Under the pieces are notes generated by a model that was not told the origin of the DNA, made no database searches, and was given only the letters and a program-made list of their open reading frames with translations. Positions 1 through 13,061 of a DNA stretch of 64,000 nucleotides are shown here, in pieces. The DNA is from Squalus acanthias. Taxonomy: Eukaryota. The position numbers and the translations under genes were made by a program. Positions within the stretch are counted from its first letter, which is position 1; each line of letters starts with the position of its first letter. The stretch is taken from NCBI GenBank assembly GCA_030390025.1, contig CM059444.1:44640001-44704000 (forward strand), in the 5' to 3' direction.

Positions 1-368
1 CAGGTCCAACAACACTCAAGAAGCTCGACACCATCCAGGACAAAGCAGCCTGCTTGATTAGCACCTCCCAAACCCATGACCTCTACCACTTAGAAGGACA
101 AGGGCAGCAGGCGCATGGCAACCCCACCAGCTGCAAGTTCCCCTCCAAGTCACACACCATCCTGACTTGTATATCGCCGTTCCTTCATCATCACTGGGTC
201 AAAATCCTGGAACTCCCTCCCTAACAGCACTGTGGGAGTACCTTCACTTCACGAACTACAGCGGTTCAAGAAGGCGGCTCACCACCACCTTCTCAATGGC
301 AATTAGGAATGGGCAATAAATGCTGGCCTTGCCAGCGACGCCCACATCCCAGGAACAAATCAAAAATA
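1..368 (+). mobile_element. 3' end of a CR1-group non-LTR retrotransposon
   Basis: Encodes PTTLKKLDTIQDKAACLI, like the region after a LINE RT. Ends gggcaataaatgctggcc...cccacatccc plus an A-rich tail. A diverged copy lies at 36270-36670. Confidence 0.75.
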
Positions 369-374
369 AAACTT

Positions 375-1655
375 CCTTCATGACGTTGGTGAACTATTCT
401 TCCTCATGCTTCTCGACCTCTCTGCAGCCTTTGGCACAGTGGACCACAGCATCCTCTTTCAATGCCTCTCTCCATTGTCCACTTGAGTGGAACTGCCCTT
501 GCTTGGATCTACTCTTACCTATCCAATTCTAGCCAGAGAATCTCCTGCAATGCCTTCTCATCCCACTCCACACTATTGCCTCTGGAGACCCCAAAGATCT
601 ATCCTTGGCCCCCTCCTATTCCTCATTTTATATACCGCCCCTCAGCGACATCATCCAAAGACATGGTATAAGGTGCTACATGTACGCTGACAACACTCCG
701 CTCTGCTTCTGCGTTACCTCTCTCGACCCCTTCTATGGTCTCTGTTGTCAGCCTGCTTATCCGAAATTCAATCCTGGATGAACTGTAATTTCCTCCAATT
801 ATACATTGGATAGACCAAAGCCATTGTCTTGGTCACCCCCACAAACTCCGTTCCCTCGACAATGATTCCAACTCTGTCCCAGGTCACTGTCTCAGGCAGT
901 ATCGCTCTACAGAGAGCCGGCATGGACTCCTTCTGTGCCGTAATGACTCTATGAACCATAGTGCAACCTCAGCATCCAGTTCTGACCCAGAGCTGAGCTT
1001 GTGACTCCATATCCTCTCTGTCACAAAGACTGCCTACTTTCACCTCTAATATCATTCATCTCTGCCCCTGCCTCAGCCCAACTGTTGTTGTGACCCTCAT
1101 CAATGCTTTTGCTACCTCCCAGGCTCTCCTGACTAGCTCCCCTCCTCTACCTTCCATAAACTTGAGTTCATCCAAAACTCTGCTTCTCGTATCCTAGCCT
1201 GCACAAGTCCTGCTTACCCATCACCTTTATGCTCGCTGACTTACATCGGCACCTGATCCACTATCGCCTCAAATTTAAAATTCTAAAGCTTATGTTCAAA
1301 TCCCTTCATGGCCTCGCCCCCTCTCTATCTCTACAACTTCTTTCAGCCCTACAACCTGCCAAGAACTTTGCATTCCTCCAACTCTGGCCTTGTGCATCCT
1401 CAATACCGTCACCCCCATCATTGGTGGTCATGCCTTCATCTGTCTGGGCCCTAGGCTCTGGAATTCCATCCTTAAACCCCTCTCCCCTCCTTTAAGACCC
1501 TCCTTAAAACTTGCATCTTTGACCACACTCTTAGTCACCTGTCCTAATATCGCCTGCTTCGGCTCAGTGTCAATTTTTGTCTGATTACGCTCCTGTGAAG
1601 CGCTTTAGGACATTTTCCTACGTGAATGGTGCTATATGAATGCAAGTTATTGCAG
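375..1655 (+). mobile_element. Decayed L2-clade LINE, 3' part
   Basis: Frameshifted RT motifs (LDLSAAF, SILGPLLFLI, HMYAD, LADLH..HYRLKFKIL) and the tail gtgaagcgctt...gctatatgaatgcaagtt. Confidence 0.85.
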
Positions 1656-2627
1656 TTCCCTTGTTTGTGGGCTGTAATACGCTCCTCCACGAACTGTTGA
1701 TGAGCTGTCCAATAACTTCACCTCTTCAGAATGATTTGTGGTCAGGGCATGCCCAACGGAATATTTTATTGTGTTTAACTCCTTTGTTTCAGATTTAGAT
1801 TGGCTAGGCTAATAAATTTAAATGTGATGATTGAAATACCTATAAAGCTATGTATGAAGTAGCTTGTATTCCATTTAGAACATGTCCGCTAGAAATTCTC
1901 CTTTGTTTAGTGCAATTGCTCAGGGTTACATTATGGTGGCTCCAGCTGCAAGGGACAGTGCCAGGTTATGACTTCAACTGCCTTTGTTCTACTCTAACAG
2001 CAAATACAAATATGTATTCAACTTTGACAAGTTTACAGTGGCTTAAAGGCATTAGTAGAAAAGTTCACGAATTGAATCCAGGACAAATTTCGCGATACCA
2101 TAGAAACATCACAAAGCACCTTGTCATTCTTTATATGGTTCTTTTGTGCACCATATTTAATGGCTGTGTGAGATTTGCATGTAATAGGAGTCTGTGGCCA
2201 AATCCTCCCTTTTATTTACAAAGGATATTTGAATGCAAATGACTTCTTACGTTAGATCTTGGCATTAGAAATAACTTGGTAAATAATATCCTTTAACCTG
2301 TTTGAAATCTGAACAAATTTGTACACTAAATTGCCCTTGTTTCGTCAAGAAGTATTTCAAGGCTTGAGGCTCCAGTTTTCCATACTTTGTGTAACTTTCC
2401 AAGGGCTACCTTTCATTTTGTGAGTGCCAATTCATGGGGTATTAAAGCATGGATAAAAGGGAGGCAGGCCTGGAACACTAGGATGCCCCTATCCCCAGAA
2501 TTAATTTAAAAAAAATATATATATATATAGAAAGAATATGTTCACGGGTATGGTAAGCCACAAATAATCTCTTCCTTGGGTGAATTGGGAGGTCATAGCT
2601 GGTCTAATAACCTTTTATTCATGGCAT

Positions 2628-2839
2628 TTTATTCATTGTAGTCGTCTGACATTGTACGCTACACAGGCATTGTTCTCTGTCTATATATGCTTTGCCGATT
2701 CGTATTTCTTCACTTCACCTGACGAAGGGGCAGCAGCTCCGAAAGCTTGTGATTTCAAATAAAACTGTTGGACTATAACCTGGTGTTGTGCGACTTCTCA
2801 CTTTTGTCCACCCCAGTCCAACACCGGCATCTCCGCATC
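2628..2839 (+). mobile_element. Short Penelope-like insertion (family A) with a 21-bp target-site duplication
   Basis: Flanked by ATAACCTTTTATTCATGGCAT at 2607-2627 and 2840-2860. Near-identical to 4004-4089. Contains a hammerhead core. Confidence 0.8.
2715..2752 (+). ncRNA. Minimal type I hammerhead ribozyme motif
   Basis: UCAC CUGACGA A GGGGC-AGCA-GCUCC GAAA GC UU GUGA: stem I UCAC/GUGA, 5-bp stem II, palindromic AGCU in place of stem III. Confidence 0.75.
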
Positions 2840-3094
2840 ATAACCTTTTATTCATGGCATCTATTTACTTCTGGCACCAACACAATCGACCTCTCCACCA
2901 CTCTTCTGAGGCTAAATCAGAAGGTGTGCAATCTCTGTGCTGTGCTTAACCCCGAGTTAACCTTCCTACCCTACATCTGGTCACATGCCAAGACTACTTT
3001 TTCCATCACTAGAACATTATCCAACTGTGCCCTTCCCCTGCTAAAACCCTAATCCACGCTTTCATCACCTCCAGAATTAATTTCTTTATACTCT

Positions 3095-3818
3095 TGTTAT
3101 GTTTTAGAGATGTACGTAAGATATTTAAGTAGGTGTCGTGTTCCCCAAAGCAGGAGTGTACCGTTATCCGACCAAAATCAGGGTGAAAGATGGTGAGGCC
3201 CAGGATTCAAACATAGAAACCTTGTCACTGTGCACTGGCTATCGAGAATGTACCACTTGCTGCCATATAATTCTCCTTGTCTTTGATGGGCAGTTTGAAT
3301 ATTAACTCCGGCTATAAACTAACACACCATTTATTTATCACAGAACGGGTAGATGAACAGAATTTAATGAAAACAGTACATGTTACAATAAGTACAAACT
3401 TTACCATCCTCCTTGGTATATCAAACCAATAAAGGCATTTCTCCCTGAGCTATCCCTCTACTTGCATTGAACCTTAAAAGTGGATGTTCCCTTCTTATGC
3501 GGTGAACCCCAGCCATGGAGCCAGAACTAGCACAGACTGTCTGCTAGTTGGAGACTGACATCTGAAGCAAACATTGAAGTAGCGTGCCAGAACCTTTGAA
3601 AGTATACTGAACGAAGCCCATTCACAAAGAACTGCATTCCTCGTAATTAGATGGTTAACCATTTTTGACAATGGCATAAGAATGTTTGTCCCCTAGTTCA
3701 TGCATCTGTGATAACCCAACTAGCATAGATTCCATAAAACAGGTAATATCCAATGTCTCTGCATTCAGTTTGCATTAGCATATTAAAACCACCTTTTGTT
3801 TGCCAGGGACCATGTTAA
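3095..3818. mobile_element. Unclassified, possibly LTR-like insertion that splits the L2; continues at 6546-6719
   Basis: Starts TGTTA exactly where L2 similarity stops, and L2 resumes near 6720. No coding signal and no clear TSD. Confidence 0.35.
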
Positions 3819-3988
3819 AGAACATAAGAAATAGGAGCTGGAGTAGGCCATTCGGCCCCTCGAGCCTGCTCCGCCATTCAACAAGATCATGGCTGATCTT
3901 CTACCTCAACTCCACCTTCCAGCACTATCCCCATATCCCTCAATTTCCTTAGTTCCCAAAAATTTATCGACCTCTGTCTTGAATATAC

Positions 3989-4089
3989 TCCTCCACTTTG
4001 TGTACCTGACGAAGGAGCAGCGCTCCGAAAGCTCGTGATTTCAAATAAAACTGTTGGACTATAACCTGGTGTTGTGCGACTTCTCATTT
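3989..4089 (+). mobile_element. Penelope-like family A fragment nested in the CR1
   Basis: Matches 2717-2803. Bracketed by TTGAATATAC at 3979-3988 and 4090-4099. Confidence 0.75.
4003..4037 (+). ncRNA. Minimal hammerhead ribozyme motif
   Basis: UAC CUGACGA A GGAGC-AGC-GCUCC GAAA GC UC GUG: intact core, perfect stem II, NUH = CUC. Confidence 0.72.
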
Positions 4090-6719
4090 TTGAATATACA
4101 CAGCTCTCTGGGGTAGAGAATTCCAAAGATTCACAACCCTCTGAGTGAAGAAATTTCTCCTCATCTCAGTTCTAAATGGCCGACCCCTTATTCTGAGACT
4201 GTGATCCCGTGTTCTAGATTCCCCAGCCAGGGGAAACATTTTCTCCACATTAACCCTGTCAAGCCCCTTAAGAATTTTATATGTTTCAATTAGATCACCT
4301 CTCATTCTTCTAAACTCTAGGGAATATAGGCCTAGTCTACTCAATCTCTCCTCATAGGGCAATCCCCTCATCCCAAGAACCAGTCTAGTGAACCTTTGTT
4401 GCACTCCCTCTAAGGCAAGTATGTCTTTCCTTCAGTAAGGAGACCAGAACTGTACACAGTACTCCAGGTGTGGCCTCACCAATGCCCTGTAAAATTGTAG
4501 TAAGACTTCTTTACTCTTATACTCTAATCCCTTTGTAACAAAAGCTAACATACCATTTGCTTTCCTAATTGCTTGCTGTACCTGCATGTTAACTTTCTGT
4601 GATTCATGTACAAGGACACCCAGGTCCCTCTGAATGCAAACATTTCCCAGTCTCTCACCATTCAAAAAATATTCTGCTTTTTTGTTTTTCCTACCAAAGT
4701 GGCTAACTTCATATTTCCCCACATTGTATTCCATTTGCCATGTTCTTGCCCAGTCAACCTGTCTATATCTCTCTGCAGCCTCTTTGCATCTCCTCACAGC
4801 TTACTTTCCCACCTAACTTCATATCACCAGCAAACTTGGATACGTTACACTCAGTCCCTTCATCTAAGTCATTAACATAGATTGTAAATAGCTGAAGTCC
4901 AAGCTCTGATCCTTGCAGTACTCCGCTAGTTATAGACTGCCAACCCAAAAAAGTCCCGTTTATTCCTACTCTCTGTTTTCTGTCCATTAACCAATCCTCA
5001 ATCCATGCTAATATATTACCCCCAATCCCATGAGTCCTAATTTTGTGTAATAACCTCTTGTGTGGCTCCTTATCGATTGCTTTTTGAAAATCTAAATACA
5101 CTACATCCACTGGTTCCCCCTTATCCATCCTACTAGTTACATCTTCAAAAAACTCTAACAGATGTGTCAGACACGATTTCCCTTTAGTAAAACCATGTTG
5201 ACTCTGCCTAATTATATTCTGATTTTTCTAAGTGCCTTCTTACCATGTCCCTAATAATAGATTCTAGCAGTTTGCCTACTACTGATGTCAGGCTAACTGG
5301 CCTATAGTTCCCTGTTTTTTCTCTTCCTCCTTTCTTAAATAACAGGGTTATGTTTGTTACCTTCCAATCCTTGGGGACTGTTCTAGAATCTAGGGAATTC
5401 TGGAAGATTAATACCAGTGCATCCACTATCTCTGCAGCTACCTCTTTTAAAACCCTAGGATGCAGGTCGTCAGGTCCAGGGGATTTGTCGCTACTTAGTT
5501 CCATTAATTTCTCCAGTACTATGTCTTTACTTATATTGATTTCTTTAAGTTCCTCATTCTCTCTAGACCCTTGGTTCCCCATTATTTCCAGAATGTCTTT
5601 GTGTCTTCTACTGTGAACAGATGCAAAGTATTTGTTTAATGTCTCTGCCATTTCCTTATTGCCCATTATAATTTCTCCTGTCTCTGCCTCTAATGGGCCC
5701 ATGTTTACTTTCACTAATCTCTTCCTATTTACATACTGATAGAAATTTACAATCTGTTTTTATGTCTCTTGCTAATTTACTCTCATTCTTTTTTCTCTTT
5801 CCTTATCAATTTCTTGGTCCTCCTTTGCTGAATTCTAAAATCCTCCCAATCCTCAGGCTTACTACTTTTTCTGGCAACATTATAAGCCTCTTCCTTTGAT
5901 CTAATACTATCTTTAACTTCTCTTGTTAGCCACAGTTGGACCACTTTTCCTGTGGGGTTTTTGTGCCTTAAGGGAATGTATATTTGTTGTAAATTATGTA
6001 TTAATTCTTTAAATGCTAGCCATTGCTTGTCTACTGTCATACCTTTTAATGTAGTTTCCCAATCTACCTTAGCCAACTCGCCCCTCATACCTACATAGTT
6101 TGCTTTGTTTAGATTTAAGACCCTAGTTTCAGACTTAACTAAATCACTTTCAAACTCAAGATAAAATTCTATCATATTATGGTCACTCTTCCCTCAAGGC
6201 CCCTTTACTACAAGGTTATTAATTAACCCTTTCTCATTGCACAATACTACATCTAAAATAGCCTGTTCCCTAGTTGGTTCCTCAATATACTGATCCAAAA
6301 ACTATCTTGTATACATTCCATCAACTCGTCCTCCATACTATTACTGCAAATTTTGTTTGCCCAGTCTGTATGTAGATTAAAGTCCCCCATGATTACTGTA
6401 TTACCCTTGTTACATCCGTCTCTAATTTCTTGATTTATACTCCGCCCTACATTACAACTACTGTTTGGGGGCCTATAAACAACTCCCACCAATGTTTTCT
6501 GACCCTTGCTGTTTCTTAGCTCCACCCAAACTGATTCTACTTCTTGATTATATTCAATACTTCCATCAATTATCATCCAGGAAACCTGTCTTCATTTCAT
6601 TGTGAATCAATCCAGATGGCCATTTTCTGTACGATCCCAGATTATTAACCCCTCAGATGCTGATACGAGTAATAATGATTTTTATAGTCCAGTATAGACA
6701 AAAATAAAGTTTTGCCACC

Positions 6720-7225
6720 GCTCTCCTTGCCAATCATTCCATCTCCACCCTTTACAAACTCCAGTTAATCTAGAACTCCATGGCTTAAATTCTGTCTCTC
6801 TCAATCATGACTATTGGCTTTGCCAAGCATCACTTGCTTCCTGTCCCCAATGTATCAACCTTGGGGTTCTAATTTTCAAATCCTGACACTGATCTCTCCC
6901 CACCCTACTTCAAATGGTCTCCTGTAGTCCTATGTCTTGGCCTGCACCCTCTATTCCTCCAATACTGCATTCCTACTCAATCCTTGCTCCACCAACTCCA
7001 CAGTTGGTGACTACTTCAGTGGCGTGCTCTTGCTGTTTGGAACTCTTCCAAATCAACAGTGAATACTACTACTTTCCCTGCTTCAAATACTTCTTTAAAA
7101 TCCTTTCCTTTTGACCATGCTTTCAATTTATTTCCCCCAGCCCCTAAACCATCCCCTTCTCCTACTTGGCGCTCTAGTAAAGTGTTTAGATTTTCTTCTG
7201 TGTGAGGAGCAGTATAAAAGTACAT
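6720..7225 (+). mobile_element. L2 LINE 3' part (continuation of 2545-3092)
   Basis: gctctccttgcc...ccatctccaccctttacaaactccagttaatc follows the L2 sequence directly after the part ending near 3090. Tail gtaaagtgttt...gtataaaagtaca. Confidence 0.6.
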
Positions 7226-10200
7226 ATCCCCATCATCCTCAAAACAAGAAAATAACCCATCAGTGTCTCAAACCCATTTGTGACTACTGGGAACGAAAAA
7301 TGCTTAACCCTGAAACCTCTTGTCATTACTAACTCCTATGTTCATATTGACAAAGAGTCAAAACTTATGGAGACAATCAAACTGAAGGGCTGTACCAAAA
7401 CTTTAACATACAAGCTATAAACAATGGCACTTCAGTGAAATAATTTAAAGTCCTGAGATTTCCTAAAGTTCTATTAATGAAAGTTAATCTGTGTCAAAAT
7501 TGACACCTCTTAGATATTGCTGCATCTTCTGAAGGCCACCCCTGTGATGATAATATAAGTGTATTAGCGGCCCCCACACAAATAAGAACAGTAATATTCA
7601 ACCTTGGTTCATAGAATATAAGTTTATTTTCATGTCACATCAGCCAACATAGACTATAACAAACTTGTAAGGATATATTCTATTTCAACTTTCTCAGTTT
7701 AAGATCTGAACGTCTTGGACAGTACTTGCATCAGGTCCTCATAGTGTATGCAAATATATCTATATCTACCTATATATTATATATTATATATATATCCCCT
7801 CTAGGAATGGGGTCAAATTATTTTACTGTGCATTCAGGGACTGTTTTATGTGCGAGAGTCCTTGAAGGACACATCCAACACACTGAGCACTGGGCTCTGT
7901 CTCCGCATGGATTTCTGTGAATCTCATCAAGTCTTTCTCGGCTATACTGGGCTCCTCAGTCTGAACAATGGACACTTCCTCCACCTAGGACTCTTGACAC
8001 TGAGTGAAATAAGAATTCTGGATGGATAAGACTGAATGTTCTGCTAGATTATGTGTAATTTGAATGTCATAATTGCAAGAACTTTGTGAGAAATTATGCA
8101 AAAACAGTGGATTATGGACTACAAATAGTTATATATTTGAAAGGGCTTGCATGTATATTGGTACAGTACAGCTAATGTAATGCTTGATACTAGTAGCTGA
8201 GTCTGTAGTACTTGAAATAACAGAAAAACACAATTTTCTTCAGAAACGTGAGGCAGAGGCGATCTCAGGCATGTGCTCATGCATATATGGATTGTAGCTT
8301 TTTTGTTAATTTTTTTCCCCCCTTGGGATGGACACTGTCACATCAGCATTTTTGATAGCTCCACGATCTTCCAACTTCTTTTGAAACTTTTATTTTTGTG
8401 GCAATAACATTCTAACCCTGTTTGACCCTCAGTAACCTGCATTTCAGTTTTAGTGTCTATTGATGCAATTTGTAACATTTTGAAAAGTTTCACCAAAAAA
8501 CATAAGACAATACGGGAAAAATTGGGTTTCTGTCACAGCCTAGTGGATGTGGTTTTTATATGTCCTATTTGTGCAGTGAGGAAAGAAGTCATTGCATAAA
8601 CAGGTGACTTTTTCTGGGATTTTAATAAGGCTGTCACTGTCATTAATTGTAGTTGAACTCTGGTTGTGTTGCTTGTTTTTCCGCTGACAGAAATGGTTCA
8701 CTTTTTGTATTGTCATGGTGAATATTTAAGTGCAGAAATCTGGGTGGAAATTTTCTTTCAAAACCAATGGGGATAATTTTCCAGTAGTCCTTTTCTGCTT
8801 CCAAAAATCCCTTGCACAGGACTGAATAATCAAAAGAAATCTGCCAGACTTCTGGGGAAGCTGCTACATTTAAAAATCGCATATACCATCGTGATGTGAA
8901 ACATGAGATTTTCAAATAGGAGAAATTATTATATACTGTTGTTTAAAAATCATTGAGACTCGGTTGCAGATGGTTTGGTCAGAACTTGTCCAAAAAGGCA
9001 CTTATTTTTAAAGCTAGTTAAATGCATACACCTTCAGTGTCACATTTTCTCCACTTAATACTGGTGCTACATTTCAGAGAACTACTAAATCAAATGTTCC
9101 TGAAGGCTATTATGACAGACTGAATCACTCTGAATGGCATGCTGGAGCAAACTGCTTCCAACAACAGGTGACTCACCTGGATTCTGCCTGGAGGCCTGTT
9201 GGCTCAGGCTCCATTGTAGCACTGACACCATCCACCAGTAGTCTTTGGGCTGCTGCTGGCTCCCATTTTCATAGTATAATTCCTGTAGCGAGGCGCTTAC
9301 TTTTGAACAGTTGATCCTTTTTTTTTGTGGAATTCTGGAAACCAATTAAGACTATTAAAGAAGGAGCTGAACAGTGCATGTGATGCAGAGGAAAATTCTT
9401 TAAGTTACAAATGCTCATTCTTTCTTCATTGCCCACAGTAGACACGCTTCTTCTTGAAGTATCTTGAGAGCAGAAGATGATTAGTTCCAGTTCCACCTCT
9501 TCAAAGGTGTTACTGCACATTTTTTTTCCTGGTGTACTATTGCAGCCCACTGCCCTTGCGTATTCAGTGCATTTGCCCAAACGGCCTTCAAAGAAAGGTG
9601 TAGATGTTATTCACTGCAGGAGAACCTGACTAATTGCCATTAGTTTAGTGCACACAAACTTGGCTACTTAGTACAGCTGGACTCCCTCTGTTGTATACAG
9701 CACCTACCTCAACAGAACATTACAATGAAAATGGCCAGCTACAACCATATTTGACAAGTCAGTAGCACCTCAACTTCAGGAGAGAATTCATGGTAAGCCA
9801 AGCATATTGCAGGAAAGTACAATTGTTTAGCGGATTCAAGAGCAACGGTTCATCTACACAAGTGTGCCCTCCACTGGGTGTTTATATGCAAAAACCTCAG
9901 GATGTGAGGCTACCCAAATCTGAGACAAGGTTTGAGGAGAATGTGAAAGTGAAGGATTTAGCCCTGGCATTGTCCCCAGTCCCAGAATTCTATTTTGGGA
10001 TTGTTGGTCCTTCAATTGAAAATGGATTTATATTGTATGCATTCCCCTCTTCTCTGTAATTTCATTTTAGTTCTCCTGAAGCAACATGTTTCAGTCATTC
10101 TTCCACCTCTAACTAGACCTGCTGTGGTAGAATAGATGTTGAATGAGAGCCATTTGAAAGCCAGGGCCAGTTAGACGAGGTAATTAAGATCATCATGATT

Positions 10201-10453
10201 ACAAATAAGCCTTCATTACATGCTGTGTCAGACTTTATTAGAGGTATTGGGAATATCAATCCTGCAGAATGTTTTAGTTTCATTACTGGAGGTAAACATC
10301 ATCTCTGCTTTCAAGTTCATGACATTAATCTTGAAAGACCTGTGCTCAACTGTGATTGATTTTAGCACAGGGAGTCAGCAAGTCTCGAGTTGCAGTAGCA
10401 AACCTTCCTTCCTGGATTTTCAGGGATAAAGTAGTGCTTCAAGTATACCTTAA

Positions 10454-10934
10454 GGGGGAGAAATTCGGTATCGCCCCGTTTGGGGTGCAATTATCGGCCG
10501 GGCGCAAAATTTAGCGCCTGGTGATAATTATCGCCTCCGACTACAAACTTGGCTTCTATCGCCCCTTGGCTTCTATACACCTCTCTTAAGGCACTAAGGA
10601 CGAGGAGCGAGGCGCTAACTCAGAGCGCTGGTGAAGCTTATGTGATGTCAGTCAGCAATTGAACACAGACACACTGGCGCGGGCCAGTTCTTAAAGGGGA
10701 GGGTCGATCTTGCTCTCCATCCACATCCTGCTCATTGCAGCCTTGAATCTCGGCCTGGAGAGACCTGTACATCAATTCTGCTGGAAAGAACAATAGAGAG
10801 GCCCAGGGAAAGAGCTCAGAGTGCAGCCCCCATAGTCTCTTCTAAATCGATGCAAGGAAGGTCAAATCAAAATGAACCTGCAAAGTGCTGCTCAGTACCC
10901 AAAACTCCTTCACACAGCATTGAATCTCTCCAGA

Positions 10935-10976
<42 letters not shown>

Positions 10977-11336
10977 AGAATGCGTGGTGCAAAAATGTCG
11001 CCGACAAAAAAAGGCAGGAAGTGGCCGCCTTTAAATAGCGCTCCCCCAGTCCCTTCCCGACTGCAAAACGTTCCCCTCAACCTGTTGTTGCTAGCGGCAG
11101 GCGGTAAGGCACGGGGCGCCACTCAATATCCGGTCCGGGGCGTTGCACGCTCGACTGACGTCACAATCTGCGGGCGCAGGAGATCGTGGCAGTAATGTTT
11201 AGCGCCGCCACAAACTGTCTAGTCAATTTCGCGAGCGGTGCATTCATTGCTGTGCCCGGGTGCTAGTTACTTTGCACCCCATTAGCACCCTCTTCGGGCG
11301 CTAACGGGAAGCGTAAAGCAACCGAATTTTTCCCCC
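10454..11336. mobile_element. PIF/Harbinger-like MITE
   Basis: TIRs GGGGGAGAAATTCGGT / ACCGAATTTTTCCCCC (15/16), TAA duplicated on both sides (10451-53, 11337-39), CpG-rich non-coding interior. Confidence 0.85.
10939..10975. repeat. (TC)n microsatellite inside the MITE
   Basis: Uninterrupted TC repeat. Confidence 0.95.
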
Positions 11337-13061
11337 TAAGTTCTTATCCAACATGGCCTGTCAATTGCACCTTCCCGGGCCAGTCAATAATATCTACCTC
11401 ACTTCTCACAGGAAAAAGGGGGGTGGGGGGAGGAGGTAGGGTCTATAATACTTTATGTACATCATGTTTTGGTTTATCCAAGTAAGTCTGACCCATTCTC
11501 CGCCTTTTTTCACAACTGAATCCTTAGATGCTCATTTTCCAAACTTTGGCTAGCCAACTAGATAGTGGAATATATATTGGATAAGAACTTGGCAGGTAAT
11601 GCTGCTCCTTTGTGTAGTATAACAACATGTTGCTTGACAATGGTCACTTAATGGATTAGATTCATATCATTCTACCTTGGGAATCACTGTAAAGCTACCA
11701 TGTTGAACAACAGTTACCAAGAATATCTGCCTCCAGTGATTTGGGGCTTTGCAGGATAGCCTCTTGTGAGTGATGGTTCCTCAGCCTGGTTTGAATTGCC
11801 CATTCTGTTTCTCCTGCCTTGTAAGGAGAGGGGTGCAATCCCAGATTCGGCTACTTTATTTCATGTGAAAAGTAGAAAGCTGCAGGAGGAAGGTAGTTAA
11901 AATGTGTAAAATTGAGTGTAATTGAGATAGAGAAGATTAGGAAATTAATGATAAATACACCAGCCTTTGATGCCATGGTAATATGATATAAGAGGCAATG
12001 TTAAGTATACTTCCTCTTTTAAGACTCATTTATTCAGCAAATGCAATTTAATAATTGTTCCAAATTTATAGCTATTTAAAAAAAAAATACAAAATTGGTG
12101 TGACACTTACTTTCTCCACTTTTAATTTGGTGTAGACACTCCTACCTCCTGAGGCAAATTTTTAAAAGATGATAAGAGTGCAAGTTTCCTTTTAGCATTG
12201 CAACAAATTAATTTTGGCTTGAATTCTGCAGCGTTTAACCTTTCTTCAGTGCAGTAGTTTGCAAACTTTGCTGTGTAGGGCACCTGATGAAAATATTGAC
12301 TCACTCCTAAGGATCCCTATCTTGAATCCAAAAATCAGTATCAGGAAAACAGTGTCATCTTTGCAGAAGACACTTTTTTATTTGTGTGTGTGTATATAGC
12401 AGCAGAAACAAAATGCTAGTAAGTCAACAAATAGAAAAACTACAGAACTCTCGAAACACTGCTTGTGATATGTGTTATGGCTGGTCCCATGGAGACAGAA
12501 ATCTGATGACTTCACAGACTCTCTTAGATCCCCTAGGGTCATGGATCCCAGTTTATAAACCGAGGGTCTAATGTTACCTATAAATTCGAACTCCTTTCCA
12601 TGTTATTTTATACCACTTATAAATCTTCTATGACTTTTGACCTTGACACTTCTTTGATAAATCCTTTGTTTAAGCAGGAATAAATGAGTTGCTTCGATAT
12701 TGGTCCTTAGCTGAGCTGATTCTCATGGGGTGATGCTTTGTGGTAATAGTTGTTGAGGGAAGAGAGCAAGGTAAGTTCCTTGTAGTTCTCTGTTAGTTTG
12801 ACTTGGGTAACCAAAGCAGACAGATCAAGGGAGACAAATTTCAGTTAACATTCATTCTCGGCACACAAGGAAATCTGCAGAACCTTTTTTTTTAAAAAAA
12901 AACTCCTAGAAATTTGAAAATGCACGAAGTACACGGAAGGTCCATCAGCCAATGACCTAAAAGGCTTCAAAGTAGCATTGAATGAATTGCTTGAACTGAA
13001 TCTGACTTGTACACTCAAAAGTAACATTGCAAGCCTACTCAAATACATGTCCAAATTTAAA

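Larger units (their letters stand above)
2545..3092 (+). mobile_element. Old L2 LINE fragment, interrupted at 2628-2839 and resuming near 6720
   Basis: Aligns by eye to the L2 copies at 780-1120 and 41850-42150 (LRLNQKVCNLCAVLNPELTF). Confidence 0.65.
3819..6545 (-). mobile_element. 5'-truncated CR1 LINE, disrupted ORF2 (endonuclease + reverse transcriptase)
   Basis: Minus-strand ORF pieces VYRPPNS, MGDFN, KSPGPDDLHPRVLKE, NYRPVSLTSVVGKLLE, YLDFQKAIDK, SGVLQGS, RPHLEYCVQFWSPY, RRMRGDLIETYKIL. CR1 tail ttcttatgttct at the left end. Many frameshifts. Confidence 0.95.

Noticed and set aside
4084-6576. Active RT/endonuclease gene
   Set aside because: Broken into many frames, 5'-truncated, and the catalytic FADD reads FAGD.
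9085-10440. Possible ancient DNA-transposase fossil (HCSAPSL and QCYNGA resemble hAT motifs)
   Set aside because: On the minus strand the motifs are in the wrong order for hAT and the similarity is too weak; needs a translated HMM search.
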